From Mantamonas sphyraenae STR306 (Eukaryota > Protista > CRuMs), in assembly GCA_026936335.1 (NCBI GenBank), contig JAPMXV010000031.1, forward strand, positions 401,754 to 465,753: a DNA stretch of 64,000 nucleotides, in the 5' to 3' direction. Positions 24,663-35,727 of this stretch are shown one piece after another. Both the position numbers and the translations under genes were made by a program. The notes under the pieces were generated by a model, which was not told the origin of the DNA, ran no database searches, and saw nothing but the letters and a program-made list of their open reading frames with translations. Position 1 is the first letter of the stretch, and each line of letters starts with the position of its first letter.

Positions 24663-26200
24663 TGGCCCAGGGAAGCATAAGGTACGGAGTGTGTGTGCGG
24701 GGGAAAGGCATCACAAACGAATCAAGGTTGCGGAGCTGCATTGACTGCATGTCACTCTCGTCGCCAGCAAATTCGACGTGGTGCCACGCCTCGACGTGTT
24801 CGCCAAAGTACTCTTGGTACATCTTGGCCATTTGGTTGGGCACGGCGCCCGGAGCCGGTGCTTCGTGGACGTCCTCGTCGTAGGAGACGTCGAGGGCGCC
24901 GAGGGCATCCTCGAGGCCGTGGAGAAGAGACCACTCGACATAGGCCCACTGACGATAGGGCAGAAAGCCGTCGGTGACGGAACGGCAGATGGAGACGGCG
25001 CGCGGCTGGGCTTGGGTTTCGATCCATTCGAGGATGACCTGGAGCATGGAGCGCACCTCGCTGCGAGTGGGCTGTGCATAGGTGGGCAGACCCGCAGCCT
25101 GGTTGCTCTCACTGATGGCCACAAGGGCGTCACGAGGCGAGAGGGAGCGGAGGATGTTGTAGATGCCGCGCAGGCGAGTGGTGTTGCACATGGTGGAGCG
25201 AACGAGCTTTGGCACGCGCTTGCGAAAGGCCTTGAAGGAGGATTTGTACCACTTTTCCTTGGCCATGCGAATGAATGTTGTTTGCACGTCAAAGAGGCGG
25301 TCGAGGCGTTCGTTGGGGTCGCCGTTGAGGCCGCACCAATGACGCTGATTCATGAGGGCAATGATCTGCTGAGTGAGCTCCTTGCCAAAGCGCACCTCCA
25401 TGTCCTCCTGGGCCGGGTTTCGTGTGCTGAAAAAGTCCTCGTCAAAGTCGAGGATGACGGGCCCGTCGAGCTGAGCGACGGTCTGCTTGAGCTTGCTGAG
25501 GGGCACGGCACGGAAGAAGAAGGGCCGCACCTTGCCTGGCTCGGACAGGGTGCGTCCTTGCTCAAAGCCGTCGCGTCGCCAGTAGCCTCGCGGGCCGTCG
25601 TCTTCAAAGAAGTACTCCTCTTTGATGGTGGCGGCAAAGGCAGCGGTGAGCTTTTGGGCCGGGATGGATTCGATGGGCTTGTTGAGGCGGAATGGCCCGC
25701 TTGACAAGCTTGCTGACGCGATGCTTGAGAACCTCGTCGGGCTCCAGGCCCAGGTACGCCTGTGTGTCGTTGAGATAGTCGACTTGCAGTTGGTGGGACC
25801 ACTCTGGCCGCACCCAGATGACGCGCTTGACCAAACCCAACCACACACCGGCGAGCTGGAAGGTGTCGATGTCCAGAATGTCGTTGCGCTCCAGCTCGGC
25901 GGGGTCGTCGGGCCAGGACTGGTCAAACATGTTCGGGTAGCCCATGTCCGGGTGGCTATCAAAGTGCACAATGGTCACGCCGGACTTTGGCACGACTCCT
26001 GTGTTGGCCCAGTGGAGCCAGGTCTTGAAGACTTGGTGGTGGCTCTCTGTCACAAACACAGGCAGCCCTGTATCGTTGTTTGTGCGTGCCGCGACGCGTG
26101 TTCCGTCCGCGAGCGGCACGTCGCCAGCCTGGTGTGCATGCACGCACACAAGGGCTGTGTGGCACACCAACAGCAGCACCAAACCTGTTGGGAGGTTCAT
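24502..26200 (-). CDS. UPF0489 (C5orf22-like, arginase/deacetylase-like fold) protein with signal peptide; apparent +1 frameshift at ~25691; 3' end uncertain
   Basis: Signal-like [22 protein letters not shown]. Motifs [36 protein letters not shown]. Coding continuity KRAI/RLNKPIE across ORFs 25604-26302 and 24502-25971. Confidence 0.7.
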
Positions 26201-26264
26201 GTGCGGGCAAGGGAGTGGCGTGGTTGGCGTGGTGAGGGTTGTGCTGGCGCAGTGGGGGCCAAGC

Positions 26265-26269
26265 ACACA

Positions 26270-26300
<31 letters not shown>
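26265..26300 (+). repeat. (CA)n microsatellite inside the 108-nt divergent intergenic region
   Basis: CA run with one TA interruption. Confidence 0.9.
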
Positions 26301-26302
<2 letters not shown>

Positions 26303-26308
26303 GACAGC

Positions 26309-27091
26309 ATGTCGTCGAAAACACGCAAATCATCGATCAAGTAGGTGGTGGGAGGGGCAGGGAGAGGAGGGAGGGAGCATCCGGGACGTGTGGCTGACGC
26401 AGGAATGTTTGGTTGCGCAGGCAGGGCAGCAAATCACGAGTTCTGCGGGAATCCAATGCGGCGAACCGCGAGGCACGCAAAGATGCACCAGTGGTGAAGA
26501 AGAGGCCCGACACACGCGGGTAGGTTTGGCCAAAGGGAGAACAATGGGGAGGCGCGCGCTTTTTTTGCAACGATCAACGCGGATTTGAATTTTGAGCCGG
26601 CTGACACGTTGACACGTCGGCGGGAGTTTAGATTCACAGAGATCCGCAAGAGCGAGGCGGCGCTGCAGGAGGAGAAAGCAAAGTGGCAGGAGGACGCAAA
26701 GAAGATGAAGCGAAAGATCCGATCTCTGCAGAGCGAGACGGAGGAGCTGAAGGAGGCAGCGGAAGTGGCGGCGAAGAAGGAGGCAGAGGACACAGAGCGC
26801 ATGGAGCAGATGGGAGCGACGCTTGAACAAGCAGGAGTGGATCCTGTGTCGTTGAAGGCAGTGAGTGTAGAGGCCAAGGAGGCAGAAGAACTGAAGGAGC
26901 AGGCGGCAGCGTTTGCAGCCGAACTGGCTCATACATCGGCAATGCTGCAACAGCACAAGGCTGAGCTGCGTGAACAGCTTCAGGCCATTGACGAGCTGAT
27001 TGGACTGGAGCCGGTGGCTGTGGAGGTGGCCGGGTCTGTGGTTGCGTTTGCAAGTGGAGAGGCTGGGGAAGCAGAAGAGGATGAAGAGTGA
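26309..27091 (+). CDS. Small coiled-coil protein of unknown function; introns 26341-26420 and 26520-26631
   Basis: Both GTAGGT...CTGAC...YAG introns restore a continuous frame MSSKTRKSSIK/QGSKSRVLRESN...DTRG/FTEIRKSEAAL. E/K/A heptad-rich. Confidence 0.65.
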
Positions 27092-27138
27092 AGAAGGGTG
27101 CGTGGCCCACAGGTTCATTCATTTTCCTTGAATTTTGG

Positions 27139-28167
27139 TCATTCGTGAAGCTGGATGGAGTCGGAGGGCACTGTCTCTTGCAGGGCGCCTGCCACGGCGA
27201 GTCCGTCGGCCATCTCGTTCCCGTGTTCGCCCTTGTGTGCGGCAACATAGGTCCACTGGACAGAGTGTTGACGCTGGGCACGGTCGAGACGCTTGATGAG
27301 ATCGATGTTGAGGACGTCGTTGCCCTTGGAGGTCTTCCAGCCATTGCGTTTCCAGTTGTGGATCCATTGGGTGAGGCAGGAGATGACAAACTTGGAGTCT
27401 GTGCGGATCTCGACGTGACTGTTTTGCTGGGTGAGGGACTCGAGGGCGACAATGACGGCCATGAGTTCGGCGCGGTTGTTTGTCTGTGTCTTGCCCTGCA
27501 GGCGTTCGCTGACGTTGCGCGGATCGTCGGGGCCAAAGTAGACGCCAATGCCGCCGCGTGCGCCGTGGCGGCCGTTGCCACGGCATGCTCCGTCGGTGTA
27601 TATGACAAGAGGGGAAGATGAGGAGGAGGAGGAAGAGGAGGAGGAGGAGGAGGAAAGGGATGCAGACGAGGAAGCGGCGGAGGAAGAGGTGGAGGAAGAG
27701 GCAAGGGTGCTCGAGGAGGAGCTGGAGCTGTTGTCGCCTATCCTGGCGCGCTTTGAGTCATGTCCGGCATGGACATTGACACTGTGCACAAGGTGGGAGT
27801 GGAACATTGGGGTGACGAGGGCTTGGGCGAGTGGGGACCGCGGGCGTTTGGGGGCGGCGGATTCTGAGTTGGCCTCGATGAAAGCCTTGGCGTCGGCGTA
27901 GGAGGAGAACTTTTTGTGGCGTGCGTTGCTGTAGCCCTTGACAAGAGGGAGAACCTCATCACTGCAGTGGAGCGGGCGGAAGGCGGGCCGGAGTCAGAGG
28001 GATGGGCTATGGGCGGGGAGACACATGCGATCGCGCGATCGCGCGCGGGACGAAAAAATCCGCGGGCAGCAGACGTGGGGAACGTACTAGGAGGAGAAGA
28101 TGCCCGTGGAGTGGCCACGAGCGACAGCATAGTAGCTCTTTTTGGAGGTGTTCTTTGTGGAGCTCAT
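27139..28167 (-). CDS. RNASEH1: Ribonuclease H1 (N-terminal hybrid-binding domain, poly-Ser linker, RNase H domain); intron 27962-28087
   Basis: HBD YYAVARGHSTGIFSSY/DEVLPLVKGYSNARHKKF. Catalytic IYTDGAC..NG, TNNRAEL, TDS, W..NGWK, GNEMADGLA. Confidence 0.92.
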
Positions 28168-28390
28168 GGGGAGAGGATTCTTGAGCCACGGGTGGAGGAG
28201 GTAGAGCGGGGCGGGCTGGTGGTGATGGGATGGCAATGTGCGATGGATGAGGCGAGGGCGCACGTGTGGAGTGGCTCGACCGAAAATGGTGGCAAAAGGG
28301 GGAGGGGGAAGGGATGGGGTGGGGAAGGGGGCTGTGTTGCTGTGGGCCAGCGCCCGCGGTGGCGCTGCAACAGAAACGCCCGCACACGCG

Positions 28391-29834
28391 ATGAACTACG
28401 AAGACGAGGAGCGGTACGAGGGCGATGATGGGGAGGAAATGTACGAAGAAACCGGGGAGGAGAGGGCGGAGGTGGTTGCATTGACGCACGAGATGGTGGG
28501 CGGGACGCGGAACGAGCACACGGGCAAGTGGGAGGGTGGAGGCTTGTCGAGCTTGAAAAAGGTGCCTTCGCTGGGCTATGCGTTTGTGAAGCTGGAAGTG
28601 CAGGTGAGTGACGTGGGTGTGCGGCACTGGGTGGCGTGTGGAATGGGGTACAGGGCGTGTATGCGGCGGAAACGGGCGGGGAAGGGAGGGGCTTTGGTGA
28701 AGGGCCGTTGGTGGGTGGCTGGGGCGGATCAGAGCAGGGCGGCTCACACTCAGGTGGGATGGACAGGACACGGATGTGGAGGACGTGAGCGTGCTTTCAG
28801 AGTATGCGCACCTGCAGCACGTGAACCTGGCCAACAACCAGATCAAGGACGCAAGCGCGCTGGCGGCAATGACTTACCTGCTGACCGTTAATCTGGCGAA
28901 CAACCAGCTGACGAACGTGCTGGACTTTGAGCCGCTGAACCATCTGCAGCTGGCCAACCTGAGCAACAACAACATCACAGAGATGAACGAGATCGTGCAC
29001 GCACGGCTCAACGTGCTGAATCTGAATGGTAGGGCAGGGTGCGGAGAGAGAAGAGAGAAGGGTGGGCGGCGGGGGGGCGGCTGGCTGACACAGAGACACA
29101 CGTGGGCACACACAGACAACAAAATCGCAGCCATTGCTGGGTTGTCGCAACTGGGCGAACTTCAGTTGTTGGAGATGCGCAACAACGCACTGACAAGCAC
29201 GGCAGGCCTGGAAGAACTCGGGGCGTCGCCTTGCAAGGAAGTGTATCTGGCAGGGAACCAAATCCAGTACGTGGAAGGGCTGGAGTCACTGCCCGAGGTG
29301 GAAGTGCTGCACCTGCGCGACAACCAGATTGCAGACCTGACGGGCTTTGCAGAGGCCGGAATGCCCTCGCTGCGCACGCTCAACCTGCGCGGCAACCTGA
29401 TCAGCGAGTTTGAAGAGCTGGAGAAACTGGCGGGACTCAAGTCGTTGCGGCGCCTGAATCTGCTGGGCAACCCGATTGCGGACGAGGAAGGGTACTTTGT
29501 GGAGGTGATCAGCAGGGTGCCGCAGCTGAAGATCCTGGACAAGGCCGAAGTGACGGACGAGGACCGCGAAGAGGCCATCGAGCTGATTGAGGAGCGCAAG
29601 GCGGAGCAAGAGGCCCTGCTGCGTGCGCAAGAGGAGGAGGCAGCGGCGGTGGCGGAGGAGGAAGAGGAGGAAGAAGGGGAAGAGGGTGAGGAAGGAGAGG
29701 AAGGCGAAGGAGAGGACGAGGGCGAGGGTGAGGGTGAAGGCGATGAGGGGGAGGACGGCGAGGATGAGGGTGACGAGGAAGACGACGGAGAGGAGTTTGC
29801 AGAGAGTGAGGAGGAGTTTGCGGAAGAAGGATGA
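28391..29834 (+). CDS. LRRC23: LRRC23 (axonemal radial-spoke SDS22-like LRR protein) with acidic tail; introns 28604-28766, 29029-29115
   Basis: GLSSLKK...YAFVKLEV, LHLRDNQIADLTGF, LNLRGNLISEFEELEKL and LDKAEVTDEDREEA match the LRRC23 pattern from memory; poly-Glu C-terminus. Confidence 0.8.
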
Positions 29835-29862
29835 AGTTGGGCTTTTTCTCCTTCCCATGGCC

Positions 29863-30459
29863 TCAGTTTGTCACCACACTTCGTTTGCCCAGAATGGTTT
29901 CGAGCCTGCCAAGGGTGTCTTCGTCGGTGATGCCCGGGTTGTCGTTGACGTGCAGACCCTCGAGGAACTTGTTGCGCTCACAGAGACGGAGACAATGCTG
30001 CAGGCACTCGTTGTCCAGCTTGTTGTTGGAGAGGTCGAGCTGGATGAGTGTTTTGTTGTCATGCAGAGCCTCTGCGAGATAGCGCAGACCAACACTGGTG
30101 ATGTTGTTGTAGGAGAGGTCGAGTTCCTCGAGGTGGGTGTTGCTGCGTGGACGGCGGCGGGTGCGGAATCGGGGTTGTGTGAGGTTTGTGGAGGTTGTGC
30201 GGACATGGGTGGTGGACAGGCGGAAGGAACCGGATCGGGTAAAACACGGTGGGTATTTTCTGGGGGCGACGGGTGTGGGTCGGGTGTCGGGAAGGCGAGC
30301 CGGGAAAGAGAGAGACACGCACCCTTTGATTGCTTCTGCGATCTTTTGGGCGTCATCGTCGTCGAGGTTGGCGTAGGCACGAGCAAAGTATGTGCATTTG
30401 GGGTCGTTTTGCTCGGCCTTGGCCAGAAAGGTGGAAAGGGAGGAGGAGGAGCAGCCCAT
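29863..30459 (-). CDS. Small RNI/tropomodulin-like LRR protein with predicted N-myristoylation/palmitoylation (MGCSSS); intron 30143-30322
   Basis: IAEAIKG/NTHLEELDLSYNNITSVGLRYLAEALHDNKTLIQLDLSNN; GTGCGT...CGCAG intron. Confidence 0.75.
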   Translation of the reverse strand: MGCSSSSLSTFLAKAEQNDPKCTYFARAYANLDDDDAQKIAEAIKGCVSLSFPARLPDTRPTPVAPRKYPPCFTRSGSFRLSTTHVRTTSTNLTQPRFRTRRRPRSNTHLEELDLSYNNITSVGLRYLAEALHDNKTLIQLDLSNNKLDNECLQHCLRLCERNKFLEGLHVNDNPGITDEDTLGRLETILGKRSVVTN

Positions 30460-30544
30460 GCCGGGGCACAACCGTGGTCGGGGCGTGCGGGAAAGGGGAG
30501 AAAAGGTTTGTTTGGGTGGTGTGGATGCATTCATCGCAACAACT

Positions 30545-32179
30545 TCAAAAGTAGTCAAACTTGCCAGCGTTGGGGTTGTCTTGCTGTTGCTGTTGGTTGA
30601 TGTTGTAGCTGTAGGTAGGAGGGGCGTCGTAGGTGATGGGCTGCATCGGAACAGAGGTCGGTTCGTCCTCGTACTCGGGCGGGGCATTGGGATGGCGGGA
30701 TGCAGATGTGGTGGAGGTGGAGGTGGAAGTGGCAGCAGGTGCAGAAGGACGCACGTCGCGCTTGGTGTAGTCGTCGTTTGAGGTATTGCTGTTGGCGGGT
30801 TGCGGTTGCTGCATGAGGTCTTGGAGGACGTTTCCTACGAGACCCTGGTTGTCCTGGATGAGTTGGAGCAGGGCCTCGCGTTGCTGCGGGGTGAGGTTGC
30901 TTGTATCCAGCTGGGTGTTGAGCTGGCCGCCGGTGTTTGCGTGCATAGTGCGCACGGTGACGGTTTCCCTATCGCTGGCCGCTGTCGCGGCGATCAGAGG
31001 GGCGCGGTTTGCCTTTGCCCTGCTGTTGTCTACTTGGTGGTTGGCAATGGTCTGGTCTGGCTCGCCGTAACAGCAGCCGTTGCGGTAGTAGGCGTTCTTT
31101 TCAATCTCCTTGATGAAGCCTGCAAAGAGCAGGAGGTGGAAGTATGCGCCTTCGATGACATAGAGCTTGCCCTTGTGGATGTCGCTGTCGAAAAAGTCGT
31201 CTGCGAACAGCTGAGTGACGTCGCAGGTGTTGCCGTGGGCAAGGCTCTCAAACGGGGGTGGGATCAAGCAGGGGGTGTACACCCAGAAGATGGTGTGGAT
31301 GAGTTTCCACACCGCGAGGGCAGCGTAGGCCCACAGGTTGTACAGCGTGCGAAGAGATCTGCGGAAGCCCTCGGCCTGGCCGATGCAAGGGCTGAGGACG
31401 ATGCCGAGGATGGCGATGATGGTGCGAAGGATGAGCTGGACGAGGCAGAGGACGTAGACAACGACGGTGAAGTTGCCAATCATGGCCGGAATCATGCCGA
31501 AGCGCAGGATGATGGTGAAGATCCAGACAAAGAAGCTGAGGAAGAAGTTGGCGATGGGGTCGCACTCGGGCACGCCCTCCTTGGGCTCCTGTTTGAAGAA
31601 GCACGGGGCAATGAGGCAGAGGGCACAGAGTCCAGCGAGGGCAAAGAGGGCTGGGAAGAGGATGGACGCTGTGATGGGATCGATGGGGCAGTCTTCGCTG
31701 TAGGACGCGGAGAAGCCGTAGCGGTAGCGTTCGCCGTCCGAGGCTTTCACGGTGGAGGTGGAGCATGTCTCGTTGCCTGTGACGGCGTAGGAGCTGGTGG
31801 GCAGGCACTTGAAGCCCGACTGGTCAAACACAGTCCAAGACGGAGGGTCTGGCGTGGGAGTGGAGCTGGGGAAGCGGCTGGAACTGGATCTTGTGCCTTG
31901 GGTGTAGATCCCCTGCGGCGAGCAGTATGCACACACAGTTGTGCCAGGCGTGCGCGTGGAGCTGCTGGAAGAGGAGGAGGAGGAGGAGGAGGAGGAGGAG
32001 GAGGACGAGTCGGATTCAGAGATGAAGCGTGCTGTGGCGCAGTCGTGGCAATTTTTGAACTGCGCACAAAAATCCTTGACTTGGCCGCTGTTCCTCTCTG
32101 CAGTGGTTACGGCGAGGATGGGCACCACTGAAACCATCACGATGATGGCGAGCATAGATAGAGCCAGGCGCGGGCGCAT
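30545..32179 (-). CDS. Multi-pass membrane protein: signal peptide, Cys-rich PSI-like ectodomain, 3-4 TM helices, cytosolic tail with PPxY motifs
   Basis: MRPRLALSMLAIIVMVSVVPILA; CAQFKNCHDCAT...CAYC; hydrophobic segments; PPEY and PPTY in the tail. Confidence 0.65.
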   Translation of the reverse strand: MRPRLALSMLAIIVMVSVVPILAVTTAERNSGQVKDFCAQFKNCHDCATARFISESDSSSSSSSSSSSSSSSSSTRTPGTTVCAYCSPQGIYTQGTRSSSSRFPSSTPTPDPPSWTVFDQSGFKCLPTSSYAVTGNETCSTSTVKASDGERYRYGFSASYSEDCPIDPITASILFPALFALAGLCALCLIAPCFFKQEPKEGVPECDPIANFFLSFFVWIFTIILRFGMIPAMIGNFTVVVYVLCLVQLILRTIIAILGIVLSPCIGQAEGFRRSLRTLYNLWAYAALAVWKLIHTIFWVYTPCLIPPPFESLAHGNTCDVTQLFADDFFDSDIHKGKLYVIEGAYFHLLLFAGFIKEIEKNAYYRNGCCYGEPDQTIANHQVDNSRAKANRAPLIAATAASDRETVTVRTMHANTGGQLNTQLDTSNLTPQQREALLQLIQDNQGLVGNVLQDLMQQPQPANSNTSNDDYTKRDVRPSAPAATSTSTSTTSASRHPNAPPEYEDEPTSVPMQPITYDAPPTYSYNINQQQQQDNPNAGKFDYF

Positions 32180-32401
32180 GCTGGGCTTTGGCTTGGTCGG
32201 GAGGAGGTTGTGTGGATTTGTCTGGAGGAGTAGGTGCGGGAGTCGGGTGGGGGAGAGGGGGAGGGGGTTGGGAAGACATGGTGGAGGGTTTGTGGACACC
32301 GTGTACGGTGGGAAGTTGGTGCGAGTGCAGTGGTGAAGCAGGAGAGGGACGGGCGCTGGGTTGGGTAATCTTTTTTCTTCTCTGCTCACCAACCTGAACA
32401 C

Positions 32402-33567
32402 ATGACGAGAGTTGAGAGCGCGCTGTGTGTGTGGCTGTGCGTGGTGGGCATGTGTGCAGTGGTGGAGGGGCGGTATTTTGTGAACGAAACATACCCCGTT
32501 GTGAAAAACAGCCGGCCTGTGCCGCGGGTGTCGAATTTGACGCTGGAAGAGTTTTACACGACGTACACGCGGGGTCTGCAGCACCCCGTAGTGCTGACAG
32601 GCCTGACGGATGACTGGCCTGCACGCAAAAAGTGGACGCTGGACTTTTTCAAGAAGGAGCTGGGGGACGTGAGCGTGGAGGTGTCGGACCACGCGGAGCG
32701 CGTGCTGCAGGGATGGACGATTGGACGGTACATCGAGTATCTGGAGACGACGAACGACGAACGGCCGCACTACATGTCCAACTGGGAGTTTGGGGACACG
32801 CACAAAGAGCTGCTAGAGGACTTTACTGTGCCGCACCTTTTCCGCTTCAACTGGGCGCAGTACCACGAAAAGGTCAAGGTAAGCAGACGGGTTGAGGACC
32901 ATGTGGAATGGGCACCGGAACGTGTGCAGGAGGCAGGGCGGAGGCTGGGGCACGCGAGTGGAGGGTTGTGGGAGCGAGAGGGCCGGTTGCGTTGAACGAA
33001 AGCTCGAGAAAGTGCTCACACACACGCACACACGGGTGGGCACGGCAGGAGGAGATGCGGTGGATCTTTGTGGGTGCGCGCGGGTCGTACAGCCAGATGC
33101 ATACGGACATGATGGACACGAGCGCGTGGCTGGCGCAACTGCAAGGACGGAAACGCTGGGTGCTGTATCCGCCGTTCATGTCGCCGTTTTTGTCGAAGCA
33201 GGAGTCTGAAGAGGCGGTGGATGCGTTTGCGCCAGACTTTGAGCGGTTCCCGCACTATGGACGCTGTCTGAACTATGGTGCGCTGGAGACGGTGCTGGAA
33301 CCGGGAGATGTGATCTTTGTGCCGAGCAAGTGGTGGCATCAGGTGATCAATCTGGACACCAGCATCGCGCTGACAATCAACTACATCGACGCAAGCAACA
33401 TTGACAACGTGATGACGCTGCTGGATGAGCAGGCGGAGGTGAGGGCGGCCAAGGGTCGGGAGCCGTCGGAGTTCCACAACTGGCTGCGCACAAAGGTGCA
33501 GAAGGGCAAGTTTGCACGACAGATTGCACAGCGGAGCAGGTGGATGCATGCGAAGGAGGAGCTGTGA
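32402..33567 (+). CDS. JmjC (JMJD6/JMJD4/JMJD8-like) 2-oxoglutarate/Fe oxygenase with signal peptide and C-terminal KEEL; intron 32879-33048
   Basis: PVVLTGLTDDWPA..KWT, RWIFVG, HTD, GRKRWVLYPP, PGDVIFVPSKWWHQVIN; ends AKEEL*. Confidence 0.85.
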
Positions 33568-33649
33568 GGAGAGGGGTGCAATGAAGGAGGGACGATGATG
33601 AAGTTGGAACGTTTGTTGGTCTCGCAGATTTGTGTGTGAGCCAATGCAA

Positions 33650-35546
33650 TCAAACAAAGGACTGGACGTTTTGGGCGTTGCCAAACACAACCTGTGTGGC
33701 AGCCGAGTCGAGGGCAGCCTTTGCGGCGGCGTTGACGTCGGCTGTGGTGACGGCGTCGATGGCGGCGCTGAGCTCCTGGGCGTCGCCTGCATCAAACATA
33801 AGCTGCTTGGCGAGATGTGCGGCCTGGAATCGATCGGAGTCGAGGACGTTGGCAACGTGAGCCTTGAGCTGGGCCTTTGCGGCGGCAACCTCTTCGTCGG
33901 TGGCGCTTTCGCGGAGCTGGGCGACGATGGCCTGGCCAAAGTCGTTTGCGCTGGCTGCGTCGGTGACCATGTACACTCCAAACAGGCCGCCGTCGCGGTA
34001 GCTGGATTCAAAGGCGGCCGCGCGGCCACCAAACTGGTTGGCGAGCTTGGCGAGGCGGCTGTTGGAGCCGTTGCCGAGGCTGACGGCGGGGCCCTTGAGG
34101 GGAGCCTGGCTGGGCAGAGTGGAGCCCATAGGGACAGAGACAGTGAGACCAGCGTGCCACATGCCCTTGGAGCCACCGAGGAGGGTGGAGAGGACGCCCA
34201 GGGCGATGCGGTTGCCGTCGGTCCAGGAAGCGCCGTTGAATGCAATGGCGGCGTGGACAGCGTTGGTGTTGGCCTCGACGACCTGGCGGCCGCCGGTGTA
34301 GGAGCTCTGTTCGGCGGCGGCACCGGGGGCGGTGTCGAGGTCGGCGAGGGCGGACTTGTTGACGGCGGCGACGAGATCGTTGTGGTCGACACCGACGGCA
34401 GAGACGACGATGCGCGGGGCGGTGACGGTGGCGTCGACGTAGGCACGCATGGCATCGGTGTTGAGCGAGTTCCAGCTGTTGTTGAGGAGGGGCAGGCCGA
34501 GGTTGTTCAGGCCAAAGGCGGTGCTATGGAGCAGATCGGCAAAGGCAGTGGCGCCGACCTCTGCGCTCTTGCGGTTGGCACGTGCGATGGCTGCGTCCAG
34601 GTTCCATTGGCTGTGTGTAGAGAGGGGCATGGAGAGTGAGCGGGCAGACATGCGCGGGCAGAGGTGGGTTGGGCGTGCAAAAGGCATGCGTGCGCAGAGA
34701 TGACGGATGAGGGGATGTAGAGGAAGTGGTGGCGGGGCGTGGACGGGGATGGGGGACGTGAAGGAGTGGGTGGAGAGTTGCGGGGGTGGTGAAAGGCGGG
34801 AGGGGAAAAATCACAGACCTGTGCTTGCCGTTGGCAAGGGCGTCCGAGACGACGTCGATGGGCTGTGCGACACGGTCACGGGGGACACCGAAGCTGAGAG
34901 AATGGCCAAGCAGGCGGTGAGAGCGGTGCAGTGTGCAGGCGCGCGGCGTGTGAGCGAGCGGAACAGAGGGGGGAGGCCGGGCGAAATCGGCAGGAGAACT
35001 GAACTGACCTGACACTGATGGAGTCGCGGCCGCCTGTGTACACGGGGTTTGCGCCGTCCATCTCGAGAGAGCTGACCACACCAAAGCCCGAGCGTGTCTG
35101 TGTGGACTGTGGGACGGGAAGAGAGAGAGGTGGGCGGGCATGGGGGGGCGGAAGAAAGGCAAAAGGGTGGAGGGTGAGCATGCGTCGGAGGCGGGAAGGG
35201 GCGGAGCGGGCGAGCCTCCGAAACAAGGACGGAAGGGAAGGAGACGCACGTTGAAGAGGGAGTTGGCGAGGATGTGGGTGGCACCTCGGGTCTGGGCAGT
35301 CTCGTAGCGGGAGCCTGCGTCGACGAGGATGTTGACGCTGCTGAGGTGGCCGTAGGCTTCCTGGGAGACGACACGGACGCCGTTGTCGAGCTGGGTGGTC
35401 TGGGTCTCCGGGGCGGTGTCCATGGGCTGGAAGTACTGGTTGTCCAACTCCTGGGCGGGGGCGCTGCCGAGGGAGTGCTTGTTGGCCAGCGTGCTGATGG
35501 TGCGCCGTTGGCTCTTGAGCGAGTTGGTGGTGCGTCGGACAAACAT
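33650..35546 (-). CDS. Peptidase M16 non-catalytic subunit (alpha-MPP / cytochrome bc1 core protein 2-like); introns 35107-35249, 34894-35008, 34611-34818
   Basis: Arg-rich mitochondrial presequence. TQLDNGVRVVS, VDAGSRYE, GATHILAN (no HXXEH), LLGG, YRDGGLFGVY, AAKAQLK, IDAVTTADV. Confidence 0.85.
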
Positions 35547-35727
35547 TCTTCACGTGGGATGCGGTGGGTGAAGGGGCGCAGGGAGGGCAAGACCGTATGG
35601 GGTGTAGGCACATGGGGATGGGTCGGGATGGGAAGGTGGTTCGGGGGAATGTGAGGGTATGTGTGAGGAGGAGTGGGGGAGAGGGAGAACAAGAACGAGA
35701 GGCGCGCCGTGGGAGCCACACAAAACG

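Noticed and set aside
27139-28167. RNase H as part of a retroelement
   Set aside because: It has the cellular hybrid-binding domain and an intron; no RT, integrase, gag or LTRs nearby.
34105-34165. Possible GC-AG intron within the MPP/core-2 gene
   Set aside because: It has a branch-like CTCAC and CAG, but no donor/acceptor pair keeps the frame as written; unresolved without RNA data.
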